From positions 32,001 to 96,000 of the forward strand of contig CAVPOC010000006.1 in the NCBI GenBank assembly GCA_963706955.1: a stretch of 64,000 bases of DNA, read 5' to 3'. Shown here piece after piece: positions 9,362 through 19,507 of the stretch; positions within the stretch are counted from its first letter, which is position 1, and every line of letters starts with the position of its first letter. The stretch comes from an uncultured Verrucomicrobiae bacterium. GTDB lineage: Bacteria > Verrucomicrobiota > Verrucomicrobiia > Chthoniobacterales > Terrimicrobiaceae. The notes beneath the pieces were generated by a model, which was not told where the DNA came from, made no database searches, and saw only the letters and a program-made list of their open reading frames with translations. The position numbers and the translations under genes were made by a program.

Positions 9362-10429
9362 TCATTCGCCGGCAGCTCCGAGACAGAACGCAATCAAACC
9401 CGCTGAGACCTCACGAATGACCTCTTCTGCTTCAGACCAAGGAGGTTGAAAGCTATCACCGCATTCGACAGTGAAGCCGTAGACCTTGGTCTTTGACGGA
9501 TCGGCAAAATGGCGACTGAATGCATAGTCATCGCTCGCACCCGACGTCGGATAAAGCCCGTAAGCTTGCTCAACACCGTAGTCACTACCACGAACTGCTT
9601 TCACAGCATCGTTCATTCGAGAGCTTAGTGTTTCTAGCGTCTCAAGATCCTCCGGGGGGAGGTATTCACCATATATTCGATCGTTTACACGGCCGCGGAC
9701 TCCGTCGAAGGTGCTGTTAGTAAAAGTCTGGTCTGGCTCTGTCGTCTGATTCTGGTCACTACCCCAGCCGTGTAGAATGACCGGGACCGCGCTGTGCACG
9801 TCCAGATGCCAACGAATCCGTGGAAACGCGTCGAGTAGCCAGACGACATTTCTAACCTCTGGTTCCGAGCCCGCTGTGGGGCCTCGATATACGTTCTTAT
9901 CGCAGGGATCCTCTGAGGCACTAACTCCCGAGTCCGGAGCAAATTTCGTCAAATGGTCCCACAAGAAATCGAAGTTGCGGTTGAGATCTACACCGACACA
10001 ATTTCCACTGCTAGGATGTGGCCGACGATTCTTGCGCCAGAGGGGATCGTTGGTCTGGCTGTAGTGTCGCCCGTCGGGGTTTACACATGCGCAGACGAAG
10101 AGATTCAGAGATTCCATTACTTGCCGAATCTCATTCGCCGTGAATGTCTTACTGCCATATCCCAGGCCTGTCCCCAACTGATATGCCTCGGCGAGGTCAG
10201 CGGCCAGCGAGATGAGGGCATCGGGGGGAACCCACTCCCTGGCATGGACGCCGCCTAGGATTAGAATTCCATCGGCTTCGTCGCTGCTTTTCGTCCCGAT
10301 GCGAAGGACATGAACCTGGCGACCTTCATGACTAAGATTTGGCGCTCGGAGCAACTCTGTCGTTGCCGGATAGGCTGCGGCCAGATTCTGCAATGCTGAC
10401 TGGATCTCGCCGACGTTTAGATAAGCCAT
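9362..10429 (-). CDS. M14 zinc carboxypeptidase (catalytic domain only)
   Basis: HAREW, NPDG, WRKNRR, DLNRNF, DVHS, LYPTSGASDDY, TVEC; AAGGAG SD upstream. Confidence 0.94.
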   Translation of the reverse strand: MAYLNVGEIQSALQNLAAAYPATTELLRAPNLSHEGRQVHVLRIGTKSSDEADGILILGGVHAREWVPPDALISLAADLAEAYQLGTGLGYGSKTFTANEIRQVMESLNLFVCACVNPDGRHYSQTNDPLWRKNRRPHPSSGNCVGVDLNRNFDFLWDHLTKFAPDSGVSASEDPCDKNVYRGPTAGSEPEVRNVVWLLDAFPRIRWHLDVHSAVPVILHGWGSDQNQTTEPDQTFTNSTFDGVRGRVNDRIYGEYLPPEDLETLETLSSRMNDAVKAVRGSDYGVEQAYGLYPTSGASDDYAFSRHFADPSKTKVYGFTVECGDSFQPPWSEAEEVIREVSAGLIAFCLGAAGE

Positions 10430-10434
10430 AGTTT

Positions 10435-10752
10435 TTACTCCTTACGCCCCAGACCTCGAGGCACTTGGCCCCTAACTGAGAAGCGGTTTGTTCCTCCCAC
10501 CTCTTTTTGGCGTTCGCGGCCCACTTCGGTTGCATTCTCGAGAACGCGAATAGAGATGCGAGATGCTGCGCGACTCCTTCGAGCGACCTCTAACTGAGTT
10601 TCGGGAAGGTAAGCATCTATGGAGAACCTACCATCTTTCTGTCGAGGAGTGGCACGACACCCTAGATCGGGCTTAAATTCATCGGCAAAGGCTCGCAGAT
10701 CGGCCAATGTCGGGCCCTCAATTTTGACACGGATTATGGATTCTTTGTTCAT
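10435..10752 (-). CDS. 105-aa protein resembling a carboxypeptidase activation (pro) domain encoded as a separate gene
   Basis: beta-alpha-beta-beta-alpha-beta pattern (IRVKIEG-TLADLRAF-DLG-IDAYLPETQLE-IRVLEN); stop 5 nt before the M14 ATG. Confidence 0.7.
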   Translation of the reverse strand: MNKESIIRVKIEGPTLADLRAFADEFKPDLGCRATPRQKDGRFSIDAYLPETQLEVARRSRAASRISIRVLENATEVGRERQKEVGGTNRFSVRGQVPRGLGRKE

Positions 10753-12657
10753 GTGGCTGATTTGACAATTAAGCGTCCATCGGCTGGAAGTCAGCGGAAC
10801 GGTGGGACCCTTCCCGATAGTTGTTCAAAGCAAACGACTTTGACTTAATGACAGAAGTCTGCGCCCGTTCACGATACGCGCGCCTGCATCTGAGCACGTG
10901 ATGGATGCCAATGGCTAAGAAGTGACCCATGGCATAGAAATGATGCCATCAAGAGGCGCTGGAATCAATCACATAGTGACGGCGAGCCCTTGAAAGGGTC
11001 CTCGGTTGCCAGAAGGTGTATCGCCTTAGATCGGCAACGTTTTTCCCAAAGGCACCTGCCGTCGGGCGCAAATTAGGTGTATCTGCTCGGGCAGCCGATG
11101 CTCTAAACCATCTGCGCCGAGTTCTCGGGAGTCGACGGTTCGATTAACAACATCAGGACCACCAGCTACCAAGTTCCAGTTCCCCAACGGCTTTTCGAAT
11201 CACCAGCTTATTCAGCGACTTTTCCACGCCGGTTCAAGAAGCATGCGCCGGGGGACAGGTTAGATAATTCTGACCCGATCGCAGATGCGCCTGGTTCGCT
11301 AAGCTTTGGTAAATCACCGAAGCGAGTTCGCACAAGAATGCTTCTCGACATGTATGGTGAAGCCAAACAATCTCCGGCGAAATCAACGTTTCCCCTGCGG
11401 TAGGCGATCATCCTCAAGGCAAGGTTTACTTCAATATCATCGATTCAAGAGATCCCCGATTACCCGCTTGTAATCGCCTGAAGATCGGCACGCGACCTGC
11501 ATTCTGTGCGACCGAGCAGTTAGATCGCCGACAACCCAAACCGGAAGCGGGCTGTCTTCCATGTTCGACCAGGATTCCGACAGCCCGCCTCGGAACGAAC
11601 GTAGGCAACTAGCTGATGCGTCACGGCTGCCTACCAGGCCACTTTCGGTGGCTTGTTGGTTTTCTATGACATGTGACCTAAAATTAGACAAGTCAGGTGT
11701 AATACTGGTTTTGCCGTACGCGTGGTGAGGGCACCGTGGCCCAAGGGTTCACATGTCGGAGAGAAGGTCCGCCGAGGAACACGACGGCTGAAAGCTCCTG
11801 ATTTAGCGAAGTATTCTTGTCATTGCTCGGAACGCGTATGACTACGAGTGGGCCCTGCCATATGTCCGAAAATGCGGGCATAGAAGGTAAAAAAGTCGTA
11901 AAAGTTTGAGAGCGAGGGCCATACGTGCCATCGATGAGGGGGGATAGCCGTAATTCGAACGAACTTGTGGGAAAAATCTAGGAGCCATAGACTTACGAAG
12001 CGGGCTTTGAACGCGCCATGAAGTCTGTCCCGGCAGCACTAGTTTCTCTTTGATTTGGTGGGAATTCCGCAAATTCCTGGCTTGTCGCGTTACTGCGTGA
12101 AGGATCTAAGGCACTTTTGAACTTGCCTACTCTACACTTCGGGGAAGTATGGCCGCCCATTGATCCAGCAAATGGTGGAAAAGGGCCGCGGCCTAGCGAC
12201 CTCCTTTCTGCTTCGCACTCTTCAGCTAAAATGTCCGCAGATTGAGATGCAGAGAATCAGGTGTATGGCAATCCGAGGGCGCGGGCGACCAAGTCGATGC
12301 AGGCGATGCTAATCCCAGGAGTAGCGGCGGGCTGCCGTTAAGCCCACCGACTTCTTTCCCCGCAGATCCTTGGGCAGCCCGCTGTTGACAGAGGCGGGCG
12401 GCTCGCCCCAAAACAATGAAGGCTTGTGGTGGAGCCGCCCTATATGTCGGTAAATAGATAACACGGCTTGCTATCGCAAGTCAGTCGGGGGATTCCTTAT
12501 TTTGCGGTCGTGGGTTCCCTGAGGAGGATTGCGACGTATGCGCTTTGGCGCTCAACAAACCGATCGAGAGGCGGCATGCTTCATATGCGACGAAGAGAAC
12601 AGGTCAGTTGCGGGCGCTGACGCGATGCAAGTCTAGCGGTGCGGTCTAAGCGCGCGC

Positions 12658-13059
12658 TTATCCGTGACGGTCTGTGCGGATCGCGCCACATTCTTTCATA
12701 ATTGTTCCAGCCTGATCGGCGCGACTGGCCTCAGTCTTCACTAGAACGAATTCGCTGTGATGCAGGGTGATCGCGTAGCCCTCGATTACGTCGGCTGGAA
12801 GATTGTAATCGGCAAGATGTGCTTTAAACGAGCGGACGATGGCGCTGTGGTCGCGCTTGGATGGCAAAACCGGTTTCGCATTGTCCCAAAAAGTCGCCGG
12901 CGTATGACCCAAGGCAAACGCGATTGGGTCCCCCTTGGGCGCGTCTTCTGCCACGATCGACTCGTCATAAACTGTTTCGTCAAAGCCAGCGCGTGCCAAT
13001 TTGTTCACGGCCTTATCCAGGTCTCGTGCATTGTCGAATATTCCGACGATTGTGATCAT
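12658..13059 (-). CDS. hypothetical protein, general-stress-protein-like
   Basis: TIVGIFDN..D..KAV.KL..AGF N-terminus and VLV......A..IM..CGA C-terminus. Confidence 0.7.
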   Translation of the reverse strand: MITIVGIFDNARDLDKAVNKLARAGFDETVYDESIVAEDAPKGDPIAFALGHTPATFWDNAKPVLPSKRDHSAIVRSFKAHLADYNLPADVIEGYAITLHHSEFVLVKTEASRADQAGTIMKECGAIRTDRHG

Positions 13060-13484
13060 TTAGTTTTGCCGGGCGAAGGTTGATTTGTACGGCTCAAAAC
13101 AGCCTCGCATCGGCTCTAAACCTGAGCAAGAGGAATAGCGCGTTTTCTTCGGTAATCTCCTGCCGCAAAAACGACGATCTAGGTGATGTTCAACAACAAT
13201 CCGAGTATCCAATCAAAGATGTGCTTGCTCTTGGAGTAGCCGTGCGGATATCAGCTTGATCGCGTAACTCGATTCGAACGAACAGAGAAGTGAGATGTGA
13301 GCGCACCGCTCGAAAGAAGCTTGAGATTCATCGAGACCGGCAGAATTTCCCCTTTCGGGCCGGCCGATTTGATGCGAGTGACCACGGTCAGCCACATTTT
13401 GAGGGGAGGGACGGTTTGCCACCACGGCTGACAGTTGCGAAATTTTAGAAAAACAAGGAAAACTACCAATAAGAACTGCACACA

Positions 13485-14048
13485 ATGAAAGCACCCAAAT
13501 TTATCCTAGCTGTCCTGCTTAGCTCGGCAGGCCTGACTGCACACGCTGACACCTTCAAGATCGATCCGGTGCATTCCTCGATCGGGTTCAGCGTGAAACA
13601 TCTGGGAGTGACTGATTTTTACGGTCGATTCAACGACGTTTCCGGACAAGTTGTCTTCGACAAGGCCGATCCTTCCAAGAGTTCAGTCGAGGTCACCATC
13701 CCGGTCGAGAGCATTGATACGCACAATGAGAAGCGTGACCAACATTTGAAGAGCCCTGACTTTTTCAACGCCAAGCAGTTTCCGACGATCGTTTTCAAGA
13801 GCAAGAGCGTCGAAGGGGGTGGCGACACTTACAAGGCGACCGGCGATCTGACCTTGCATGGTGTCACCAAGCCTTTGACGTTGGAGATCAAGAGAGGGCC
13901 GGAAGGCAAGGGCATGGAGGGCGAAATCCGTGCGGGCGGCGAGACAGAGTTCACGATAAAGCGAAGTGATTTCGGCATGAATTTCATGCAGGGAGGTCTT
14001 GGTGACGAAGTAACCGTCCTTCTCAGCCTCGAAGGCGTGAAGCAATAA
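13485..14048 (+). CDS. YceI family lipid/polyisoprenoid-binding protein, exported
   Basis: Signal peptide; IDPVHSSIGFSVKH, RDQHLKSPDFF, GDLTLHGVTK, IKRSDFGM. Confidence 0.95.
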   Translation: MKAPKFILAVLLSSAGLTAHADTFKIDPVHSSIGFSVKHLGVTDFYGRFNDVSGQVVFDKADPSKSSVEVTIPVESIDTHNEKRDQHLKSPDFFNAKQFPTIVFKSKSVEGGGDTYKATGDLTLHGVTKPLTLEIKRGPEGKGMEGEIRAGGETEFTIKRSDFGMNFMQGGLGDEVTVLLSLEGVKQ

Positions 14049-14050
14049 GC

Positions 14051-14891
14051 GTGTTTTTCGTTCGACAGTTCTTGCCAGGAATTCTGGTCGCGTTGCTGGT
14101 TTCCGGCATCTTTTCTGTTGTTGGACGCCTCTGGAAAGCAAACAGCTGGGCTGACGCAATCGCAGTTGGAGTTGGCTACGCCGCCGGTCATGCGGTAACC
14201 GCCGGTTGGCCGGCTTTCCCGCCAATCGAAGCGACACAGTGGCTCCCTTATCTTGGGATTGCGGTGACGGTCCTGGCAGTGATCGATACGCTGCTGCGGC
14301 CGCCGGGAACGCTCCGTGCCGTGTATATGGTTTCTTTGCTGCGCAGGAATCTTGTCGCTGCTGTTGACTTCTAAATTCCAGTATGGCTGGTCCCTCTTTG
14401 CAGGGGTGGTATGGATTGTGGGCCTGACAACGACCATGCTGGTACTCACCAGTTTCCTTGACAGGACGGCGCAACGCGACGCGTCAATTTCCCTTCCGCT
14501 TATTCTAGCCATAGTCGCTGGCGGGACAGGTGTTGCCTTGATGCTGTCGGGGAGCATGCTTCTGGGGCAATTGGCATTGGTTCTGGCAGGCGCATTTGGA
14601 GCCATTGTGATCGTGGGCACGCTGCTCCCGAACGCCATCAACGGGCGCGGCATTGCGCCGGTATCCGCGACCTTGCTTGCCGGTCTTTGGCTGAGCGGCT
14701 ATTTTTTCTCAGAGCTGCCGGCAGTGAGCGGATTTCTGCTTTTAGTCTCCCCGATTCCTGCTCTGATGCTCGTCCTGTTTGATGAAAGCGGAAGTCCGAG
14801 AAGGGGCCTCCTTCTGCGCGCTATCCTCGTCGCCGTGCCAGTCGCTCTGGCGGTATTCCTGGCCTTCGGAGCCTCGCCGTCACCTTATTGA
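14051..14891 (+). pseudogene. multi-pass membrane protein split by one apparent +1 insertion (or sequencing error)
   Basis: Two overlapping hydrophobic ORFs (14051-14374, 14316-14891); deleting T14324 joins ...LRAV to IWFLCC... Confidence 0.7.
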
Positions 14892-14944
14892 GAGCATAGA
14901 TAGATGCCCGAGAGGATGGCCCGGGGCTGGCGCACGAAGCCTCG

Positions 14945-15505
14945 CTATGCCGACTTCCATTTTATGGAACATCCGATGCTGGGTTTCTGGACCGTTGACG
15001 CTTCACGGCCGCTGATTACGGCATCAAGTGCGGCGCGCATTTCACGCCCGGAAATCGGGACGCCATTCCGTGGAGTGCTGTCGTCGAGACGGCCATGATA
15101 GGCGAGTCGTCGATCGGAATCGAAGACGAAGAAGTCAGGCGTGCATTGGGCATCGTATACCTTGGCCACCGATTGCGTCTCATCGTGGAGAAACGGAAAG
15201 GGAAAATCGTACTCAATGGCCATTTCGCGAAGTCTCTCCGGAGAGTCGTCGGGGTAAGCGGCAGAATCATTCGAGCAGATCGCCAGAAACGAGACGCCTT
15301 CAGGCTGGTAATGGCGCGCGATCCGCAGAATCTCGTCCCGAACGTGGACCACGTAAGGACAATGCCTGCAGATGAACATCACGACGAGCGCCTTGGCTTG
15401 CGGCACCTGAGAGAGAGAGACCGTTTCTCCAGTGACGACATTCGGTAGTGAAAATTCCTTCGCCGGCGTTCTCAGCGGGATAGAGGTGAGTGATTCTATT
15501 GCCAT
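14945..15505 (-). CDS. thioredoxin-family / AhpC-TSA-like protein
   Basis: FICRHCPYV, YPDDSPE, DETQ.VAK.YDAQCTPDFF, PSIGCSIKW. Confidence 0.92.
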   Translation of the reverse strand: MAIESLTSIPLRTPAKEFSLPNVVTGETVSLSQVPQAKALVVMFICRHCPYVVHVRDEILRIARHYQPEGVSFLAICSNDSAAYPDDSPERLREMAIEYDFPFPFLHDETQSVAKVYDAQCTPDFFVFDSDRRLAYHGRLDDSTPRNGVPISGREMRAALDAVISGREASTVQKPSIGCSIKWKSA

Positions 15506-15594
15506 ATTTGCATGTTGTGCCCGCAAGTGCGCCTTGGCAACCTCAGTGCGGCGGGTTAATCCTCCCAAAAACTTCGTGTAGCCAGCGCAGGCCG

Positions 15595-16452
15595 ATGAAC
15601 AGAATTTATATCGCCCGAAATCGTCAGGCCCTTGGCCAGTTTTCTCCTGAGGAGGTGGCAGAAGGACTTGCCTCCGGAGAGTTCCTGCCAACCGACCTTG
15701 CCTGGCGCGAGCCGATGGAAACTTGGAAACCTCTTGATGAGTTCACGGATCTTCCGCCGGCAACGCGCTCGCTCGTTCCACCGGCGCTCCCGCAGCAATC
15801 GGCAGATTCGGAAATGGCAGTCGAGCCCGCCTGGGAACGTCGCAAGCAACTCGGCGCGTTTTCGGCACTCGTCGAGACCGTGCGTCAGGTCCTGGCCGCA
15901 CCTGTCGCGACCTTTAAAGCCATGAAACGCGAGGGCGGTCAGGCCACGCCATTGTTCTTTTACTTGCTAGTGACGACTTTCGCCACTTGGGCGGCCATCG
16001 CATATCAGCTCACCTTCATTATGATGAATCCTGAGGCGATACTCGGCCCCCTCGCCAAATCCCTGGATAGCGCTTCAATTATCGGGATCCACGTGTTCTT
16101 GATGGCCCTTTTTCCGATGCTTCTCATCTTAGTGGCCTATTGCGCTGCGGGAATTTTCCATCTCGTCTTTCAACTTCTTGGCAGCAGCAGCCAGCCCTTC
16201 GAAGTTACATTCCGTGCCTATTGCTACGCGGTGGCACCGGCTTCCGTATTTCGGTTGATTCCGATTTGCGGGGATGTTCTGTTTTTTGTTGCGGCCCTTG
16301 TGCTCCTGGTCTTCTCGTTTCGCGAAACATTGCGCGTTGACGGCGCACGAGCGACCATCGGTGTCATGGTGCCATCCTTGTTATGCTGCGGGTTTATCTG
16401 GGCCGCCTACACTTTAGCCGGAGGCGCTGTCGCGCAGGGCGTGCTCAAATGA
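15595..16452 (+). CDS. GYF_2 (DUF4339)-Yip1 domain membrane protein
   Basis: N-terminal G.FS.EEV...L...DLAWREPM..WKP motif, PAWE linker, five TM segments. Confidence 0.8.
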   Translation: MNRIYIARNRQALGQFSPEEVAEGLASGEFLPTDLAWREPMETWKPLDEFTDLPPATRSLVPPALPQQSADSEMAVEPAWERRKQLGAFSALVETVRQVLAAPVATFKAMKREGGQATPLFFYLLVTTFATWAAIAYQLTFIMMNPEAILGPLAKSLDSASIIGIHVFLMALFPMLLILVAYCAAGIFHLVFQLLGSSSQPFEVTFRAYCYAVAPASVFRLIPICGDVLFFVAALVLLVFSFRETLRVDGARATIGVMVPSLLCCGFIWAAYTLAGGAVAQGVLK

Positions 16453-17227
16453 TCCGGAGGATGGGCCCGGGAGCGTCCTGGCAAGCGCACTGAACGCTGG
16501 CTTGAGCAGCGCTTGGGGAGTTTGCCAGACCTTCCAGCGCGCAATCGAGCGCCAGGTGGGGAGAGTTACAATCGCGGCTGAGATGACCGAGAATAATATG
16601 TTGGAGTGGAGCCTCAAGCTCGGCGAGGACGCGAGCGGCGGCGGTGTTCGAAAGATGTCCGTGCCGCGAGAGGATACGTTGTTTAACCGACCAGGGGCGA
16701 CGGAAGTCATTCTGCAGAAGGGCTTCGTCGTGGTTTGTCTCGATGAGGATCGCGCGAACTCCGCGAAGTGCGTCAAAAACCAGACGGGTTGCATAACCGA
16801 GGTCCGTAAGCACCCCGAAACAAGATCCGTCGCAGGAAATTCGAAATCCGACGGGATCCACCGCGTCGTGCGGAACAGAGAATGCCCGAATGACAAAGCT
16901 TCCAATCCGAAACTCCGCTCCCGTCTGGAAGAATCTCCAGTCGCCATGCACCAAACCGAAATCTTGAAGAACTCGGCCGGTGAGCACGTTGCAAAATAAC
17001 GGCACTTGGTGACGCGTCAGCATTACCTTCAACGCGCTCGTATGGTCGCCATGTTCATGAGTCAGGAGAATGCCTGACAGTTGCTCCGGGCATAACCCCA
17101 TCGCGAGCAGGCGGGCGCTCAGTTGCTTGGCACTCAGACCCGCGTCGATGAGAAACGAGGCCGTCTCGTTGCGGACGAGAGTGGAGTTGCCTTCGCTGCC
17201 ACTCGCCAGCGTGATCACCTCGAACAT
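16445..17227 (-). CDS. MBL-fold metallo-hydrolase (YycJ/WalJ-like)
   Basis: [41 protein letters not shown]. Confidence 0.93.
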   Translation of the reverse strand: MFEVITLASGSEGNSTLVRNETASFLIDAGLSAKQLSARLLAMGLCPEQLSGILLTHEHGDHTSALKVMLTRHQVPLFCNVLTGRVLQDFGLVHGDWRFFQTGAEFRIGSFVIRAFSVPHDAVDPVGFRISCDGSCFGVLTDLGYATRLVFDALRGVRAILIETNHDEALLQNDFRRPWSVKQRILSRHGHLSNTAAARVLAELEAPLQHIILGHLSRDCNSPHLALDCALEGLANSPSAAQASVQCACQDAPGPILRII

Positions 17228-17311
17228 CTGTCACTTATGCCAGCGCTGCCCGGATTTCGCGACAAGGAAATTGCAGGCAGTTGTGGAAACTGGCAACGTC
17301 GAGGAGGGTTC

Positions 17312-18106
17312 ATGCAGCAATATCATCGCCTTCTACGTCTTGTTCTGGAGCAGGGGACTTTCAAGACCGATCGCACTGGGACTGGAACGTATTCCGTCTT
17401 TGGCGCCCAGGAGCGCTTTGATCTCGCCGATTCGTTTCCGCTGCTGACAACCAAAAAGCTTCACCTGCGTTCCATCATCCACGAACTGCTCTGGTTTCTA
17501 AAGGGGGAGACCAACGTCCGGTATCTCCAGGAAAACAACGTGACCATCTGGGATGAATGGGCCGATGAAAACGGCGATCTGGGCAGGATCTATGGCGCCC
17601 AATGGCGCGACTGGCGCCGTCCAGATGGAGGGCGCGTCGATCAAATCGCCCGCTTGCTCGAGGAGATCCAACGGACACCTGACAGCCGCCGGCTGATTGT
17701 GAGCGCATGGAATCCGGGCGAGCTCGACCGCATGGCGCTGGCGCCCTGCCACGCGATGTTTCAATTTTATGTGGTCGATGGGGGCTTGAGCTGTCAGCTC
17801 TACCAACGAAGCGCGGACTTGTTTTTGGGCGTGCCGTTCAACATCGCTTCGTATGCGCTTCTCACCTTGATGATCGCGCAAGTGTGTCAATTGCGGGCGG
17901 TGGAATTCATTCACACTTTCGGCGATCTGCATCTCTATTCGAACCACCTCGAACAAGCGCGCGAACAACTTTCGCGCGCGTGCCGTCCGCTGCCGCGCAT
18001 GAGCCTCAATCCCGCGGTGAAGTCCCTCGAGGACTTTCGCTACGAGGATTTCGTTCTGGAAGGCTACGATCCACATCCCGCCATCAGAGCGCCTATTTCG
18101 GTGTGA
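17312..18106 (+). CDS. thyA: thymidylate synthase
   Basis: DRTGTGT, ELLWF, PDSRR, LAPCH, YQRSAD.FLGVPFN, HLYSNH. Confidence 0.98.
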   Translation: MQQYHRLLRLVLEQGTFKTDRTGTGTYSVFGAQERFDLADSFPLLTTKKLHLRSIIHELLWFLKGETNVRYLQENNVTIWDEWADENGDLGRIYGAQWRDWRRPDGGRVDQIARLLEEIQRTPDSRRLIVSAWNPGELDRMALAPCHAMFQFYVVDGGLSCQLYQRSADLFLGVPFNIASYALLTLMIAQVCQLRAVEFIHTFGDLHLYSNHLEQAREQLSRACRPLPRMSLNPAVKSLEDFRYEDFVLEGYDPHPAIRAPISV

Positions 18107-18588
18107 AGGCGATCGCGGCGATGTCTCTGAACCGCGTGATCGGAGCCGAGGGAAAGATTCCGTGGCACGTGCCGGAGGACCTCAGATTCTTCAAGCGAAC
18201 GACTCTAGGTCATGTCGTGGTGATGGGACGAAAGACCTATGAGTCTCTTGGCAAACCTCTGCCCAGTCGGGAAAATTGGGTGGTTTCAAACCGCCCGCTT
18301 ACGGGAGTGCGGGTCATCCATGATCTGGATGAAATCGCCGAACCGCGTGACGGCCGCGAGATCTTCGTCATCGGCGGAGCCCAGCTTTACGCGGCGCTCC
18401 TGCCAAGATGTGCGGAGCTCCTCTTGACGTTGATAAAGCGCGAGGTCTCCGGAGATGTTTTCTTTCCAGCCTTTGAGGATTCGTTTCGTTTGGAAGAAGT
18501 CGTCCAAACGTCTGATCAATTGGAAATTCGCAGATACAGGCGCAGGGCAGCGGCACCGCTGGGCGAGCGCAAGCGAGGGCTTAGCTGA
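18103..18588 (+). CDS. folA: dihydrofolate reductase
   Basis: [43 protein letters not shown] overlap with thyA. Confidence 0.96.
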   Translation: MKAIAAMSLNRVIGAEGKIPWHVPEDLRFFKRTTLGHVVVMGRKTYESLGKPLPSRENWVVSNRPLTGVRVIHDLDEIAEPRDGREIFVIGGAQLYAALLPRCAELLLTLIKREVSGDVFFPAFEDSFRLEEVVQTSDQLEIRRYRRRAAAPLGERKRGLS

Positions 18589-18997
18589 AGGTCAAGTTCT
18601 TGACGCCGGAAGCCGCCGCCGCGTTCAGGACGTCGATGATGCGCTCGTGTTTCGTCTGGGGGTCGGGGCGGATGATCACCGGGTCCTTGTCTCCAAATTT
18701 GGCGATGGTATCGCGGAGCCAACCGCGCAGCTCGGGAAGTTCCTTACTCCCCGGAGTATCATACACCTTGTTGTTCATCTGAACTTTGCCATCCGGAAAG
18801 ATATCGATGATGATCGGCGTGGGAGGAGGTCCGGGTTTGGTTTCGCCGCGGCCACTCGGCAGGTTAATCGTCAGTTCCTTCGGAATGATTTGCGAGCCCG
18901 CTGAGGCCATGAAAAAGAGCAGGAGAACGAAGACCACATCGACCATTGGAGCGATCTGAAAGCCGATGTCTCCGTCTTGATTCGTTCCGGCTGCCAT
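18581..18997 (-). CDS. exbD: biopolymer transporter ExbD/TolR
   Basis: APMVDVVFVLLLFFM TM with conserved Asp. Confidence 0.92.
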   Translation of the reverse strand: MAAGTNQDGDIGFQIAPMVDVVFVLLLFFMASAGSQIIPKELTINLPSGRGETKPGPPPTPIIIDIFPDGKVQMNNKVYDTPGSKELPELRGWLRDTIAKFGDKDPVIIRPDPQTKHERIIDVLNAAAASGVKNLTFS

Positions 18998-19018
18998 AGA
19001 TCTGCTCTCGAGATTGAA

Positions 19019-19486
19019 TTATCTTTCCTTGTCCGCAACGGAAAACGTGACGTTGCCGACCCCGGATCTGCCAACCGCCTCGAGCAAGCCCCGCATGAAT
19101 TCGTAACGAACCTCCTTATCGGCGCGGACAAGGACTCGGACGAAAGGGTTAGCACCCACCTTCGCCTGAAGCATCGGCGCGAGTTGGCCAAGATTGATGG
19201 CCTTTTCGTCAACTTCGATCACCGTCTGATTGTTGATCGCATTGTGAAGAACATTAACAATGACTTGGCCGGGATTTTTCTTTGATTCCTTCGCTTCTCG
19301 GGCAACCGGCAAGTCCACGTCTTGATTGGACTGCAGCATTTCCGTGGAACTAATCGACATAAAGAAAACGAGCAGCACCAGCAGGATATCAATCATCGGC
19401 GCGATCTGGAACTCAGGATCGACTTCAGGCTCTGCCTTCCTAACGCGCTTCTTCCGGCCCGGTCTATGAAGTTCCCGTTCGACCAT
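19019..19486 (-). CDS. exbD: biopolymer transporter ExbD/TolR
   Basis: APMIDILLVLLVFFM, VRADK. Confidence 0.92.
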   Translation of the reverse strand: MVERELHRPGRKKRVRKAEPEVDPEFQIAPMIDILLVLLVFFMSISSTEMLQSNQDVDLPVAREAKESKKNPGQVIVNVLHNAINNQTVIEVDEKAINLGQLAPMLQAKVGANPFVRVLVRADKEVRYEFMRGLLEAVGRSGVGNVTFSVADKER

Positions 19487-19507
19487 TCCTTGGCAACAGA
19501 CAAGTCC

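Noticed and set aside
5131..14900. Intact integrative element at tRNA-Asp
   Set aside because: No integrase and no attR copy of the tRNA 3' end found by eye, so island status is only inferred
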